Source: a virus
Taxonomy: Duplodnaviria; Caudoviricetes
IMG/VR virus record: IMGVR_UViG_3300028888_001628
Span: 64,001-128,000 of that record
Direction: 5' to 3' (one strand)
Length of the DNA: 64,000 bases
Positions 1-10,406 of the stretch are shown here, piece after piece. Numbering within the stretch: the stretch's first letter is position 1; every line of letters begins with the position of its first letter. The notes beneath the pieces were generated by a model. It was given only the letters and a program-made list of their open reading frames with translations, was not told the DNA's origin and did not search any database. The position numbers and the translations under genes were made by a program.

Positions 1-1
1 G

Positions 2-166
2 ACAGCTTTGTTAAATAGAGTATCAAACGATGAGGACATTATTGATGCGTTGAATATTCATAAACTAAAACCAACTGATAACGGTAGCGGAAGTGAAAGT
101 GAAGATACTTCATCTGAAGAAGAGGATTCTGGAGGCGGTGAGGAAGATTTTGATTTTAATATGTAG
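2..166 (+). CDS. 3' end of a gene truncated by the window edge; acidic, Gly/Ser-rich C-terminal tail (possibly portal protein, unproven)
   Basis: Frame 2 is open from base 2 to TAG at 164-166 (...SGSESEDTSSEEEDSGGGEEDFDFNM*) and is followed by a hairpin. Confidence 0.6.
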   Translation, partial: TALLNRVSNDEDIIDALNIHKLKPTDNGSGSESEDTSSEEEDSGGGEEDFDFNM

Positions 167-178
167 TTAATAAACTAT

Positions 179-212
179 AACCCATTGGAAATAATTTCCA
201 ATGGGTTTATTT
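179..212 (+). terminator. Intrinsic terminator-like hairpin
   Basis: aacccattggaaa / tttccaatgggtt inverted repeat followed by tattt. Confidence 0.65.
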
Positions 213-271
213 GTGTGATAGTGTGCCATATCAAATATATCTGTATACCAAATATGATTATAGGTGAACTT

Positions 272-1135
272 ATGCGACCATCAGATATAATAAATAGATC
301 AGACAATAGATCAAAAGAAAGGGCACTAAAACAGCCTATTGCTGCTAAACTGTATAAAGTAGAAGACAATAAGATCTTATATACAGTAAATTCAAGTGAA
401 GGTGATAAACAGTACATAGTAACTATACAGTTACTTAATCTAACTGGTAACAAGTTAAGATCACTAAAGTCAGCTTTATCAGGCGACATACGAATAAGTT
501 GTACTTGCCCTGGCTTTCTTTACAGAGGCTATAAGTATATTCTATATAAGCATCAAGCTGGGATTAATAAAGAGACTCGTGCACCTGTAAAGAACAACCC
601 TTCACAAGAAGGCATGGCTTGTAAACACATTCTAGTTGCTCTAGAAAAAATGAAATCAGACTATAACGAAATATATAATCTGTTTAAAGCACAGTCTCCT
701 AAAGGTAAAGATAAGCCTCAACCAACTGATATAGCAGATAATAACAAAAGTGATAGTCCAACTGAATTAGACATTAAGTTAGTTACAGATTTTAAAACAG
801 CTTGTGATAAACTGTATAAAGACTATACTATGTACAAGAGTCAGACGCCTACAAGAGATGCTTTGTTTGTAGATAGTAAGTACTACGATAAAGTAGATCC
901 TAGTAAGATATTATTAAATCTTTCAAAACCTGTTGTGAAATCACTTAGTACTAAGTTCATTGGAAAACTAAAATCTTTAGAAGACATTCTTAAGATGATA
1001 GATCAAAAAGGTAATGGTTTTAATGTATTATTAGATTCAGATGTAAAGTCTCTAATAAAGAAATTAAATGAGACTGTACATTCTGCAAATGAATCACTAA
1101 TAAATGACATTATATTAACACTTATATATTCGTAG
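272..1135 (+). CDS. SWIM-type zinc finger protein
   Basis: CxC...CKH motif (SCTCPGFLY...ACKHIL); start moved from 185 to ATG 272 because AGGTG RBS lies at 262 and 185 is inside the terminator. Confidence 0.7.
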   Translation: MRPSDIINRSDNRSKERALKQPIAAKLYKVEDNKILYTVNSSEGDKQYIVTIQLLNLTGNKLRSLKSALSGDIRISCTCPGFLYRGYKYILYKHQAGINKETRAPVKNNPSQEGMACKHILVALEKMKSDYNEIYNLFKAQSPKGKDKPQPTDIADNNKSDSPTELDIKLVTDFKTACDKLYKDYTMYKSQTPTRDALFVDSKYYDKVDPSKILLNLSKPVVKSLSTKFIGKLKSLEDILKMIDQKGNGFNVLLDSDVKSLIKKLNETVHSANESLINDIILTLIYS

Positions 1136-1143
1136 GATCTATC

Positions 1144-1929
1144 ATGTTTTATGCATCTAAGTTAGGTAATGTACGATACTTTGACTTTGTGTTATACAAT
1201 TCACAAAGATGTGAGCCTTCTTTATTATTTATTCTAGGTTTAGAATCTATACTTAATCCTGATAATCAGTTTAATAGAAACATTGTATTATATAGAAATC
1301 AAATCCAAGATATATTCGATGGTGTCTATACATACTTATACGGAACGCTGCCTGATCCAAGTCTACTTATAACTTCAATAGAGTTTGATTCATTTGGTCT
1401 TAAAAGTTTTATCAACAATTTAACAGGGAATGAAATTGATAAAGTTATTCCTCTTATTTATCACGATAGCTATAATGATGTTCCTATATATGAAAGTAAA
1501 GTAGATGATATATTAAATATCTTTAACTTTGCAGGGTATTCTAAAACAGATGATGAGATTCATTATATAGGTACATTTGGTGTAACAGATCAATCTGTAA
1601 TAGACTATATTATTGGTTATAATGAATCATTAAAGAATGATCACGAAAAGAAAAAGAAATATAGCCAAATATATAAGTTAATAGACTACCGTGCTGTACA
1701 CCAATATGCGCTAGGTGTTTTATACGGATGCACTCAATTAGGATATGAGCCATCTCTAGTATTCAGTAAAGATACGACGTGGTATGATGGTCAGTATAAC
1801 AATTTAATATTAACTGCTTCAGCTGCATTTAATTTTAACACTAAACAAATACCTAAGATAGACATTGATCCAGATTTAGTAAATAAATATAAAGGGATCA
1901 ATCAAAACAGAATTTGGAATTATAATTAG
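1144..1929 (+). CDS. Hypothetical protein, paralogue of the N-terminal domain of the next gene
   Basis: 261-aa ORF; collinear similarity to the first ~320 aa of 1942..4824. Confidence 0.7.
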   Translation: MFYASKLGNVRYFDFVLYNSQRCEPSLLFILGLESILNPDNQFNRNIVLYRNQIQDIFDGVYTYLYGTLPDPSLLITSIEFDSFGLKSFINNLTGNEIDKVIPLIYHDSYNDVPIYESKVDDILNIFNFAGYSKTDDEIHYIGTFGVTDQSVIDYIIGYNESLKNDHEKKKKYSQIYKLIDYRAVHQYALGVLYGCTQLGYEPSLVFSKDTTWYDGQYNNLILTASAAFNFNTKQIPKIDIDPDLVNKYKGINQNRIWNYN

Positions 1930-1941
1930 AGGTAAACAGTC

Positions 1942-4824
1942 ATGCTATATTCTAGTCGTAACGGTTGCTTATTCTACTATGATTCTGTATTATATGGTTG
2001 GAAGATAGCAGACCCCACTACTCTTTTCCTATTAGGATTAGAGGCGGTAACTTCATTTAGTAAATCTGTATCTGATATTATCACTATTTCAAAATACGTG
2101 TATTATAAAGACCAAGACTATTTAACTCATCTTAACTATATGGATGAGCTATATGATGAGATATATTCATTTCTATCTAAACGTGGAAGTGTGAACGATT
2201 ATGAACAGTATCTTACATATAACTGTTACGGTCTAAAGCTGTTATTAAATTCAATGACAGGCACTGATAATGATAGAACTATTCCAATAATATTTAAATC
2301 AGATACAAATAAGTCAAGAATTGATTTATCAAAAGTTTCATTACGTGTACCTAGTTCTGTGTCTAGTACAATGACATACTTTGATAATCAGGCTAATTGG
2401 ATTAAGTATATATTCGAAGACGCAGGTTACGATATCTTAAATCCGTTACCTAACGGGTATTTAGGCATAACAGATGAGGACTCAATAGATAATATTTTAC
2501 CAAGTTGGTCAGACGATAGTACAAGCAGGGATTTAGTATTATATAGAGCTAAATTACTTAGAGATATTTCCGCATATAATACTACTTTACTTCCATTATA
2601 TAATGAGCAAGTTAGTAATAGTGGAATTTATTCACTGCTTGACTTTAAATCAATGTATTCTTATTCATTAGGTGTACTATTCGGGTGCGCTTGTTTAGGA
2701 TACAATAATAAATATATATGGCGTTACAATCCTACATATTGGTATAATGGTGACTATAAGAATCTTGTTTTAACTGCGTGGTATACATTTCACTTTCATT
2801 GGACAAATAATAAAGGTATCTTTAAAGAAAGTAGCGATGTAAATTATAATCAGTTTAGAGATATACAGTCAAATGTAATTTGGAATTTCGATAATAGTAG
2901 TGAATTGTTTGAAGACTCACCTACATTAGCAGACGATGAGATTAAATGTATCGCGTTAAGAGTGAAAGATGATGAAAATTATTCTACGCGAATTATTTAT
3001 TCTCAGGATACAGTTTCATCTGAAGCACAGATTAATAAAGGTTCTTATATTAAGAGAAAAGATGATAACTCACTAGTATGGGATAGCATTGACAATAAGA
3101 TAAATAATACAGATGATTCTTACGGTATAATATTAGAGAATGAGCAACCTATTATAAGATACTTCGGTAATGACAAATTAGTTCTGTACAAAGCTCATTC
3201 ATGGAAAGATTCAGATAATACAATTCATTATCTTGCACCTAATCAATGTAATTATTATATTTATAGTCCTGTAATTGGTTGGGTTAATTACGATGGAACA
3301 CTTGTACAACCAGAGCTTACGTCCAATATTAAATGTAATAAATATTTCCCATCACTGTATCCAATAAGTATATTAAATGATCCACGATTTGGTTTTTATG
3401 TAAATGATGATGTAATAGTCAATGATGTATCATTAAAACAACCTAGCACTATGTACAGATACAATTCTAATGAAAAAATAGAATTATGTATGTGTTATGA
3501 GTGTTTTCTTAAAAACGATTCTAGAGCTACAGATAGTAGTGAGTATTTAGCCGATCTTTATGGTATTTGGGAAACTGAAGAACAGTATACATCAGCTACT
3601 AATCTAAAATCTAACTTTGATAGAATTATTACAGGTGATCAGTTTTCTGAAGAGGGTTGGAATAAGATTCCGCGGGGCTACCATATTAGTACAGATTACT
3701 TCGATTTAGACGTAAGAAAGACATTAGTTGTAAGAGATGATACTGATGACAGCATAATAAAAACTTATGTGTATAACCCTGATTTAGAAGAAAAGTTAAC
3801 AAGTTGGTACGGGTACTCTAAAACACCAGCAGAACAGATTTACATATATGCAGTACGTGACGAAAACAGCCATACACCTACTGAATATATATTTAGAAGA
3901 ATTCCTTGGGGTACAAATTACGCATATTGGTGTAATAATTGGTACTCAGTTGTAAGGGGTGGGTCTGTAGAAGATCACATCTACATAAATGATAGTGAAG
4001 AAGACTTTTTATATCAGCCTGATTTTTATTGGGTAGACGTTAATTTCTTAATACAGTCACAACCTGATCCTGGTCCTTGCATAAAACGTAATACTAAACT
4101 GTCTCTTTACTTAGCTGATGAGATAATACCTGCTTACAATAATATTGACGTTTATGGTGCACTAAAGTCAGACAGCTCTATAGCTGGGAATATGATTTAT
4201 ATAAATATTCACGATTTAAGTGAATCAGAGCCAGATAAATATTTATTCGCAGACTTAGACGTAAATGCAGAGCGATGGCAAGATAACCTAATATATAGAC
4301 ATGGTGTTACTACATATCCATGCGAAGTAATATACAGAGATGATCAGAATAAGCCAGTAGTATGGTATGATTCAAACATGAATCTGTATTGGAATGGCTT
4401 ACATGGAATAAATACATGGCAGTCTACACGACCTGTTATTACGAATATTCAAATGTACGATGCTTCACCTTCAATTACAGACAGAATTAAATGGGTGTTT
4501 GAAGATAGTACTCTTGGTATGATTACTATTGATGGTACAGATTATCCATATAGTACATTCTATGCAAACCCATATTACGGATTAATAAAAGAGACTTTAT
4601 CTGTATTTAAACCAGACGCAGATCCGTATGAAGGTGTGATTGAATGCTATCACGATACAAACTCTACATACGACAGATATATAATCCCATCACATCCATC
4701 AATGCAGTGGGTTAGTAGAAGTGATATTTCAAATATGGGTTATAGATTTGTAGATGGTACAGAGACACTTTATAACGGTAGTACTCCAGAACAAATAGTT
4801 ATTGACGATGATAGCACTGACTAA
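1942..4824 (+). CDS. Large Tyr/Asp-rich hypothetical protein, probably virion-associated
   Basis: 960-aa ORF with GAGGT RBS; shares repeats with 4895..6499. Confidence 0.6.
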   Translation: MLYSSRNGCLFYYDSVLYGWKIADPTTLFLLGLEAVTSFSKSVSDIITISKYVYYKDQDYLTHLNYMDELYDEIYSFLSKRGSVNDYEQYLTYNCYGLKLLLNSMTGTDNDRTIPIIFKSDTNKSRIDLSKVSLRVPSSVSSTMTYFDNQANWIKYIFEDAGYDILNPLPNGYLGITDEDSIDNILPSWSDDSTSRDLVLYRAKLLRDISAYNTTLLPLYNEQVSNSGIYSLLDFKSMYSYSLGVLFGCACLGYNNKYIWRYNPTYWYNGDYKNLVLTAWYTFHFHWTNNKGIFKESSDVNYNQFRDIQSNVIWNFDNSSELFEDSPTLADDEIKCIALRVKDDENYSTRIIYSQDTVSSEAQINKGSYIKRKDDNSLVWDSIDNKINNTDDSYGIILENEQPIIRYFGNDKLVLYKAHSWKDSDNTIHYLAPNQCNYYIYSPVIGWVNYDGTLVQPELTSNIKCNKYFPSLYPISILNDPRFGFYVNDDVIVNDVSLKQPSTMYRYNSNEKIELCMCYECFLKNDSRATDSSEYLADLYGIWETEEQYTSATNLKSNFDRIITGDQFSEEGWNKIPRGYHISTDYFDLDVRKTLVVRDDTDDSIIKTYVYNPDLEEKLTSWYGYSKTPAEQIYIYAVRDENSHTPTEYIFRRIPWGTNYAYWCNNWYSVVRGGSVEDHIYINDSEEDFLYQPDFYWVDVNFLIQSQPDPGPCIKRNTKLSLYLADEIIPAYNNIDVYGALKSDSSIAGNMIYINIHDLSESEPDKYLFADLDVNAERWQDNLIYRHGVTTYPCEVIYRDDQNKPVVWYDSNMNLYWNGLHGINTWQSTRPVITNIQMYDASPSITDRIKWVFEDSTLGMITIDGTDYPYSTFYANPYYGLIKETLSVFKPDADPYEGVIECYHDTNSTYDRYIIPSHPSMQWVSRSDISNMGYRFVDGTETLYNGSTPEQIVIDDDSTD

Positions 4825-4844
4825 ATAATAAAACACATATCAAT

Positions 4845-4893
4845 AAAGATGAGATGTAGTTAACATACTAATTATATCTCATCTTTTATTTTT
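4845..4893 (+). terminator. Intrinsic terminator-like hairpin
   Basis: aaagatgagat / atctcatcttt stem extended by G-U pairs, followed by a T-rich tract. Confidence 0.6.
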
Positions 4894-4894
4894 A

Positions 4895-6499
4895 ATGGTG
4901 GCATATATGAGTGAAAGACTTTATTATATACCAGAAGCAATTACACAAAACAAATGGGTTACTTATAACGAAGCACATAATTATGGTTACACTAGAAATG
5001 CGACTTATAATATTATGTGCTACACTTCTAATGTAGAAGGCGTTGAGCTTAGATACGATAATCAAGCTAACAAACTATTTGACTTTAGATTATCTTTGCC
5101 TCATTCTTGGGTAACAGATATAGATGAATTAGATCTGTATATCCAAATTGGAATGACTTCATTATATCATGGTGAATCAGCAACAGATCTTCCAGGATGG
5201 TCATCTTCATTATATTCTGAAGAAATAACACACGCTACTGTAAATTCTCATATATACTCATTTGAAGAACTATATGATTTAGGATATACACAGTATCCGT
5301 GTAGCAACTATTATATGTTAGACGGAATTCCGTTAGTATGGTATGACTCCACTGAAGGTAAGTATTATGATAACCGTGATGGTAAGAAAGAGTGGGTAGA
5401 TGAACCACCTGTGATATCGAATTTCACACCACAAGATATATGGATTCAAACTAATGATACACTTTTAAATCCTGTACCTCAATGGGAAGACGATTTATCA
5501 CAGATTCCGCTTAAATATAGAGTCAGCTCATTCGATGAACAAGATTCATACTTTTCTACACAGATTAATCAACTTTCTGGTTATAATAATGTAGATCATG
5601 TATTATACCAATCATCGATAGTGCAATTATACCAAGACGTTACAAGAACAAGCACTTCATTATATGTACTACCTGAAGAAGGTGTATATGATTACAGCGG
5701 TACGTTTCATCCACAGGGTGATTCATTCATAGGTGATTATAAAGTAGTATATATTGACTCTGATTCAGACGTGATTTTTTATAACGGATCTACACCTTAT
5801 ACATTTGGGCAAACACATGATGATCTGAATCCAGTTATATATTATAATACAGTTGATAAGAAATATTATACTCTATCAGGGTTATTATTAGAAGGCTATA
5901 CACAAACGCCATCTACAGAATTATTAGTATCTGATACAAATGATGAACAGCATATTTATAGCAGTAATATTCATAGTGCTTTGTATAATTCTATTAACGG
6001 ATATTATATAAATAATAATTGGTATGACTCTATTCGCAGTCTTAATGCTGCTGGTTATTATTTAGTAGAAAAAGATTCTATGACTATAAATAGGGATAAA
6101 TCAGCCGGCGGTTCTCCATATGATTATAACATAACTAATCAGTCAAGTTCTTTTAATACATCATATAAGAAAGCATATTATTTAGATGCTGATAATAGAG
6201 AACCGTTTAAATGGGATGGTAATTATTGGTTTGTAGACGTTGAGCTTTCACCTACATTGAAAGACATATCGCTATATAAAACTAACTTATCAGATATGCC
6301 ATCAACGACAACATCTAATCCCAATTATTGGAAATTCTTATTAGTTCTTATAACTGCTTCTGGAGACCCAATAACACAGTTCTCATCTAGAGAATTGGGC
6401 ACGCAGATATATCTGTACACAGCGACTAATTATTACTCAAGCTTATCAGATACTGATAAATATAAGTCAATAGTTATTTCAAGATACAAATTGGTATAG
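4895..6499 (+). CDS. Tyr-rich hypothetical protein, probably virion-associated
   Basis: 534-aa ORF (ATG 4907 is an alternative start); YPC...P[LV]VWYDS repeat shared with the upstream gene. Confidence 0.6.
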   Translation: MVAYMSERLYYIPEAITQNKWVTYNEAHNYGYTRNATYNIMCYTSNVEGVELRYDNQANKLFDFRLSLPHSWVTDIDELDLYIQIGMTSLYHGESATDLPGWSSSLYSEEITHATVNSHIYSFEELYDLGYTQYPCSNYYMLDGIPLVWYDSTEGKYYDNRDGKKEWVDEPPVISNFTPQDIWIQTNDTLLNPVPQWEDDLSQIPLKYRVSSFDEQDSYFSTQINQLSGYNNVDHVLYQSSIVQLYQDVTRTSTSLYVLPEEGVYDYSGTFHPQGDSFIGDYKVVYIDSDSDVIFYNGSTPYTFGQTHDDLNPVIYYNTVDKKYYTLSGLLLEGYTQTPSTELLVSDTNDEQHIYSSNIHSALYNSINGYYINNNWYDSIRSLNAAGYYLVEKDSMTINRDKSAGGSPYDYNITNQSSSFNTSYKKAYYLDADNREPFKWDGNYWFVDVELSPTLKDISLYKTNLSDMPSTTTSNPNYWKFLLVLITASGDPITQFSSRELGTQIYLYTATNYYSSLSDTDKYKSIVISRYKLV

Positions 6500-6504
6500 G
6501 CATT

Positions 6505-7017
6505 ATGAAAGTACCACATACATTATATAGAGTACCTAGTTTTTATGGTGACTCTAATTGGCATACATCGAATCTAGAATCAACTTCACCACTATCGATT
6601 GTAAATCCAATACATTATGTAGAAGCTTATTTAAATGGTCAATGGGGAATCTCACAGGGTGATTCAATACCTTCACCAGGTGAAGGTTACACAGTTCTTA
6701 GAAGTGAAAGTAATTATCACATAGCAAGTCAAAGTGCTGTAATGTATGTGAAGTTTAAACCTGAGTTTTCAGGTAGTATGACTTTTAAAATTCTTAATAG
6801 TGCAGAAAGCGGTTACGATTATCCGATAGTGACGCTAGAAGACGGTACTACATTATACAGTGATCGATATAGCACAGGCACTTTTAACTCGTTTACAGTT
6901 ACATTAACAGGCGAGCATACAATGACTGTTACATTCAGAAAAGATGGTAGCGGTGATTCAAATTTAGATAGAGCTTTCTTAGCAGTACCATTAGAAGTCT
7001 CAATTATAGATTCATAA
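6505..7017 (+). CDS. Beta-sandwich, putative carbohydrate-binding virion accessory protein
   Basis: SAESGYDY...GEHTMTVTFRKDGSGDSNLD pattern seen in surface and fibre-associated beta-sandwich domains. Confidence 0.5.
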   Translation: MKVPHTLYRVPSFYGDSNWHTSNLESTSPLSIVNPIHYVEAYLNGQWGISQGDSIPSPGEGYTVLRSESNYHIASQSAVMYVKFKPEFSGSMTFKILNSAESGYDYPIVTLEDGTTLYSDRYSTGTFNSFTVTLTGEHTMTVTFRKDGSGDSNLDRAFLAVPLEVSIIDS

Positions 7018-7031
7018 TACAGGTAAATATT

Positions 7032-8543
7032 ATGTCAGAATATAAAGGTTTTAGAATTTGGAATTTAGAATTTCAAGCTATGCAAGTAGGTCAAACTAAT
7101 GTGCAGCGAGAAATGGATACGTCAACTGGTGGAGGTGCAGAGGGTGGTGGAGCAGATAGTGGCGGTGGAGGCGCTACTTCATCTTATACAGGTAGACTAA
7201 TTAACACATCCACTAATGCAAGATATTGGGAATGCACAGACAGCGGTTTAAAGTCACATTTGTATGACTTTTTAGAGCCTATGGTAGAACTTTCGTCTAA
7301 TGGTGTTGGTTGGCAATTAGACACAGATACATATAGTCGATTATATAATATAGTAACTTCTAGAAACCCTTCTTATGCAGAATTCATAAATCGCAATATG
7401 AATATCTATGATGCGACTAATAATCCTACTGGTGATAAGACAATAAAGTTAGTCCCATCAGAATATGTTAGAGTTATGTGTTTTAAACATAGTTCTGGTT
7501 ATAAAGCTATGATTGGTTTGAGTTTATATGCAATGGATGGTGATGATACACTAACATCTTTTGTGTATAATACTTCATACAGTAGAGCAATAGATCCAGG
7601 GTTCTTACACGATCATATATTAAATCACAAAATGAATGGTTATAGTAGTGATGACAGTTTATCAGTTACAGGTGGTTTATTTATTTCAATGATTCCGCCT
7701 AAAGAATCAGGCGAAGTACAAGACGATTGGAATCTCGAATATAGTATGCAAGATTCAAATTTTTATGCACCTACTATGACTCCTATAGTTCCATTTATGC
7801 ACTCTTTTATAGAGAGTTATAATTCAAGTTATCATAGTAATTATAGAGCGTCTTCTTGGTTAAGAGTTGGTACTTCTACAAATTATGATGCAGGTAATAA
7901 TTCAGGTGTTTTAGCTGGTACGAATATGAAATTAAGTCTATTATTGGACACTAAAGGTAACATTGGAATTTCATATAAATATACAGCTAGCACAAACACG
8001 ACTTCTTTAAATCCCATTATTATAATGGGCCCATTATACAAGAAAAAACTTTTTGCAAATGATTCTTTATGTACATCTAAATTAGGTGTTATTCAGTTTG
8101 GTAAAAGAGATTTAGATGTAAGCACTGGTAATTCTAGTTATTACAATGCAGCATGGGTTGCTTGTTATAATAACTATTATTATAATTATTTTACAGGTGA
8201 TTCACCTTATGGTTGGGATTATTTAAGCTCGTTTTCATCAGACGCGTCTTCATTTAATAATTATTATATCTATACTGCATATCCAGCTGTTGATTCATCT
8301 GTTCATCTCAATTATAGAAATGCGAAAGCTGGTTATACAGCAGTAGGTTTGATTGATGAAGAAGTAATTAGATGGAATGCTTCAGACGGTTTAGTCAAAG
8401 GTCAAACATATAATAATGGCGAATGGATTTATATGGGTAATGAGTACTCCGCTTATGCACAAGACGGTATTACAACAAGTAGGTTATTATATCCATCAAT
8501 TAAATGGGATATCCAATACAATGATACAAGTACATTCGCGTAA
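7032..8543 (+). CDS. Putative tail/fibre-associated protein
   Basis: 503 aa, Ser/Tyr/Asn-rich with a Gly linker; C-terminus resembles that of 50155..51249. Confidence 0.5.
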   Translation: MSEYKGFRIWNLEFQAMQVGQTNVQREMDTSTGGGAEGGGADSGGGGATSSYTGRLINTSTNARYWECTDSGLKSHLYDFLEPMVELSSNGVGWQLDTDTYSRLYNIVTSRNPSYAEFINRNMNIYDATNNPTGDKTIKLVPSEYVRVMCFKHSSGYKAMIGLSLYAMDGDDTLTSFVYNTSYSRAIDPGFLHDHILNHKMNGYSSDDSLSVTGGLFISMIPPKESGEVQDDWNLEYSMQDSNFYAPTMTPIVPFMHSFIESYNSSYHSNYRASSWLRVGTSTNYDAGNNSGVLAGTNMKLSLLLDTKGNIGISYKYTASTNTTSLNPIIIMGPLYKKKLFANDSLCTSKLGVIQFGKRDLDVSTGNSSYYNAAWVACYNNYYYNYFTGDSPYGWDYLSSFSSDASSFNNYYIYTAYPAVDSSVHLNYRNAKAGYTAVGLIDEEVIRWNASDGLVKGQTYNNGEWIYMGNEYSAYAQDGITTSRLLYPSIKWDIQYNDTSTFA

Positions 8544-8545
8544 CT

Positions 8546-8564
8546 ATATCTATAATAATATCTA
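8546..8564 (+). promoter_or_regulatory. Tandem ATATCTA motif (putative late promoter)
   Basis: ATATCTA at 8546 and 8558; recurs upstream of several structural operons. Confidence 0.4.
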
Positions 8565-8622
8565 CTATAATGTAGTTGTTTGTATAAATTATTATTAACT
8601 AACTTTTATAAGGAAGGTAAAT

Positions 8623-9264
8623 ATGCTTAAACTAGTTTTAAACGTAGAAGATGCTATCCGTGGTGATATGGTAAAAGACGGTGTGGTAGATTGGACTATG
8701 GGTACTGATGTATCAGCTAAAGGTACATTTAAATTATTTGATGCAGGTGTTGGTGTTAATGCAGCACTCACTCTTGAGACTGAAGTTACTGAAGATAAAA
8801 ACATTGTAGTTAATGATGCTACAGCTACAGCTAATTTAGCTAAGCTTACAGGCACTGTAGTTCATCGCGTTACTTTTAATGCTGGCAAGGATGTGCAAGT
8901 AGATACAAAGATCCCAACTAGCTCAGGTAAAACTGAAGATTCAGGTACTGATGGTATTGCACTTGATACAACTGGTCCTACTTTGGTTTTAACTCGTACA
9001 GGTACATTTACTACTCCAGCTACTATTGACGTTGAGATTGTAAAATACCCAGTAGCAACTGGCTATCTTGTTGATCGTAATATTAATAGTGGTGCTGCAG
9101 CACCAAAAGTACTTAAAGTTCTCGGTGTTGGTAATCTTCATATTGACGCTCTTTGTCAGTGGCGTAGACATGAAGGTCTTAAACCTAATGAGACACATTT
9201 CAATATGCGTGCAGATGATCCCCATACAAAAGTTCTTGCACTTGGTGAAGTAACTACAGCCTGA
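8623..9264 (+). CDS. Highly expressed structural protein, possibly head decoration
   Basis: AAGGAAGG RBS; Thr/Val/Gly-rich; GGT/ACT/CTT codon bias like the capsid gene; immediately upstream of protease and capsid genes. Confidence 0.5.
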   Translation: MLKLVLNVEDAIRGDMVKDGVVDWTMGTDVSAKGTFKLFDAGVGVNAALTLETEVTEDKNIVVNDATATANLAKLTGTVVHRVTFNAGKDVQVDTKIPTSSGKTEDSGTDGIALDTTGPTLVLTRTGTFTTPATIDVEIVKYPVATGYLVDRNINSGAAAPKVLKVLGVGNLHIDALCQWRRHEGLKPNETHFNMRADDPHTKVLALGEVTTA

Positions 9265-9286
9265 TAGTTATTAGTGCTTAAATAAT

Positions 9287-9332
9287 AAAGCATAGTATTA
9301 GAATTAAGTTTCTATACTATGCTTTTATTTTA
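9287..9332 (+). terminator. Intrinsic terminator
   Basis: aaagcatagtat / atactatgcttt followed by tatttt. Confidence 0.7.
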
Positions 9333-9352
9333 TCAAATAAATAATAGTATTT

Positions 9353-9359
9353 ATATCTA
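9353..9359 (+). promoter_or_regulatory. ATATCTA motif (putative late promoter) before the protease-capsid operon
   Basis: Recurrent intergenic heptamer. Confidence 0.4.
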
Positions 9360-9422
9360 ATAATTTATTAGATAGCATATTATAATAAGTAAATTATCTA
9401 TATAATTATTTGGAGGCTCATT

Positions 9423-10406
9423 ATGAAAGTTTTTACTGAGTCTATTATATCAGAGATGAAACCTACTAAGGATTCAAATAAATCTGCAGGTACTTTATGT
9501 GTAATGACAGGTCCTTGTATGCAATTCGGTCAGGTCAATCGCAATAATCGTATCTATTCAAGAAAGCTTGTAGAAGATAGAATTCTTAATAACCCAACAG
9601 TACAAGAGACATTAAAGAATAGATCTATGTTGGGTGAAGGTGGTCATCCTGAAAACAGAGTAGACATTAGTTACCCAGAAGTAGCGCTTGCTGTAGAAAA
9701 ACTTTGGATTCCAGAAGGTAATGGTGATATGTTATGGGGACAGTTCGCAATCCTCGATACACCTACTGGAAGAATTCTAAATACACTAGTACAGTACGGA
9801 ACTAAATTAGGTATTTCTGCTAGAGCTGTCGCTGATTCATATCAAAAAGACGGTCATGAGATTATAGTTGAAAGTTCTTATGAGTTAATTACATTTGATG
9901 CAGTCCCCGAGCCTGGGTTTAAATGTGCTCGTCTAGAACAAGTAGATTCTGTATCAAAACCTGTAGATAAGATGTCAACAAAAGAATTGAAAGAATCCTC
10001 TGCAGCACTCAAATCATTTAAGAATCCTGTATTTGAATCAAGAATTCGTACATTAGATAAAGAGATCTGTAAACGTGAGCATAAAGCAGATATCCATTCT
10101 ATATTAGAATCAATGAATAAATTAGCAGAATCTCTAGATGGTTCATTCAATAAATTACAAAATATCAAATACGAAAAGAAATTAGCGTCTCTTATTACTG
10201 AAGCTAAATCTCTTATAAAAGATATTAAAACTACAACCACTAAAAATAATTCAATATCTAATATTTGTAGCGAAGATATTAGTATCAATAAATTTAGAGA
10301 TGATACTAAATTCAACGAATCAATAAATACAGATAATCTATTTAGTAATAAAGATATTTCTACATTAGAAAGAATGTGTTCAAATTTTAGGAGGAACTAT
10401 GAATAA
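9423..10406 (+). CDS. Prohead (capsid maturation) protease, T4 gp21-like, with a C-terminal coiled-coil extension
   Basis: NRNNRIY, LGEGGHP, ILDTPTGRIL, GISARA and LITFDAVPEPG motifs; directly precedes the major capsid gene. Confidence 0.9.
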   Translation: MKVFTESIISEMKPTKDSNKSAGTLCVMTGPCMQFGQVNRNNRIYSRKLVEDRILNNPTVQETLKNRSMLGEGGHPENRVDISYPEVALAVEKLWIPEGNGDMLWGQFAILDTPTGRILNTLVQYGTKLGISARAVADSYQKDGHEIIVESSYELITFDAVPEPGFKCARLEQVDSVSKPVDKMSTKELKESSAALKSFKNPVFESRIRTLDKEICKREHKADIHSILESMNKLAESLDGSFNKLQNIKYEKKLASLITEAKSLIKDIKTTTTKNNSISNICSEDISINKFRDDTKFNESINTDNLFSNKDISTLERMCSNFRRNYE

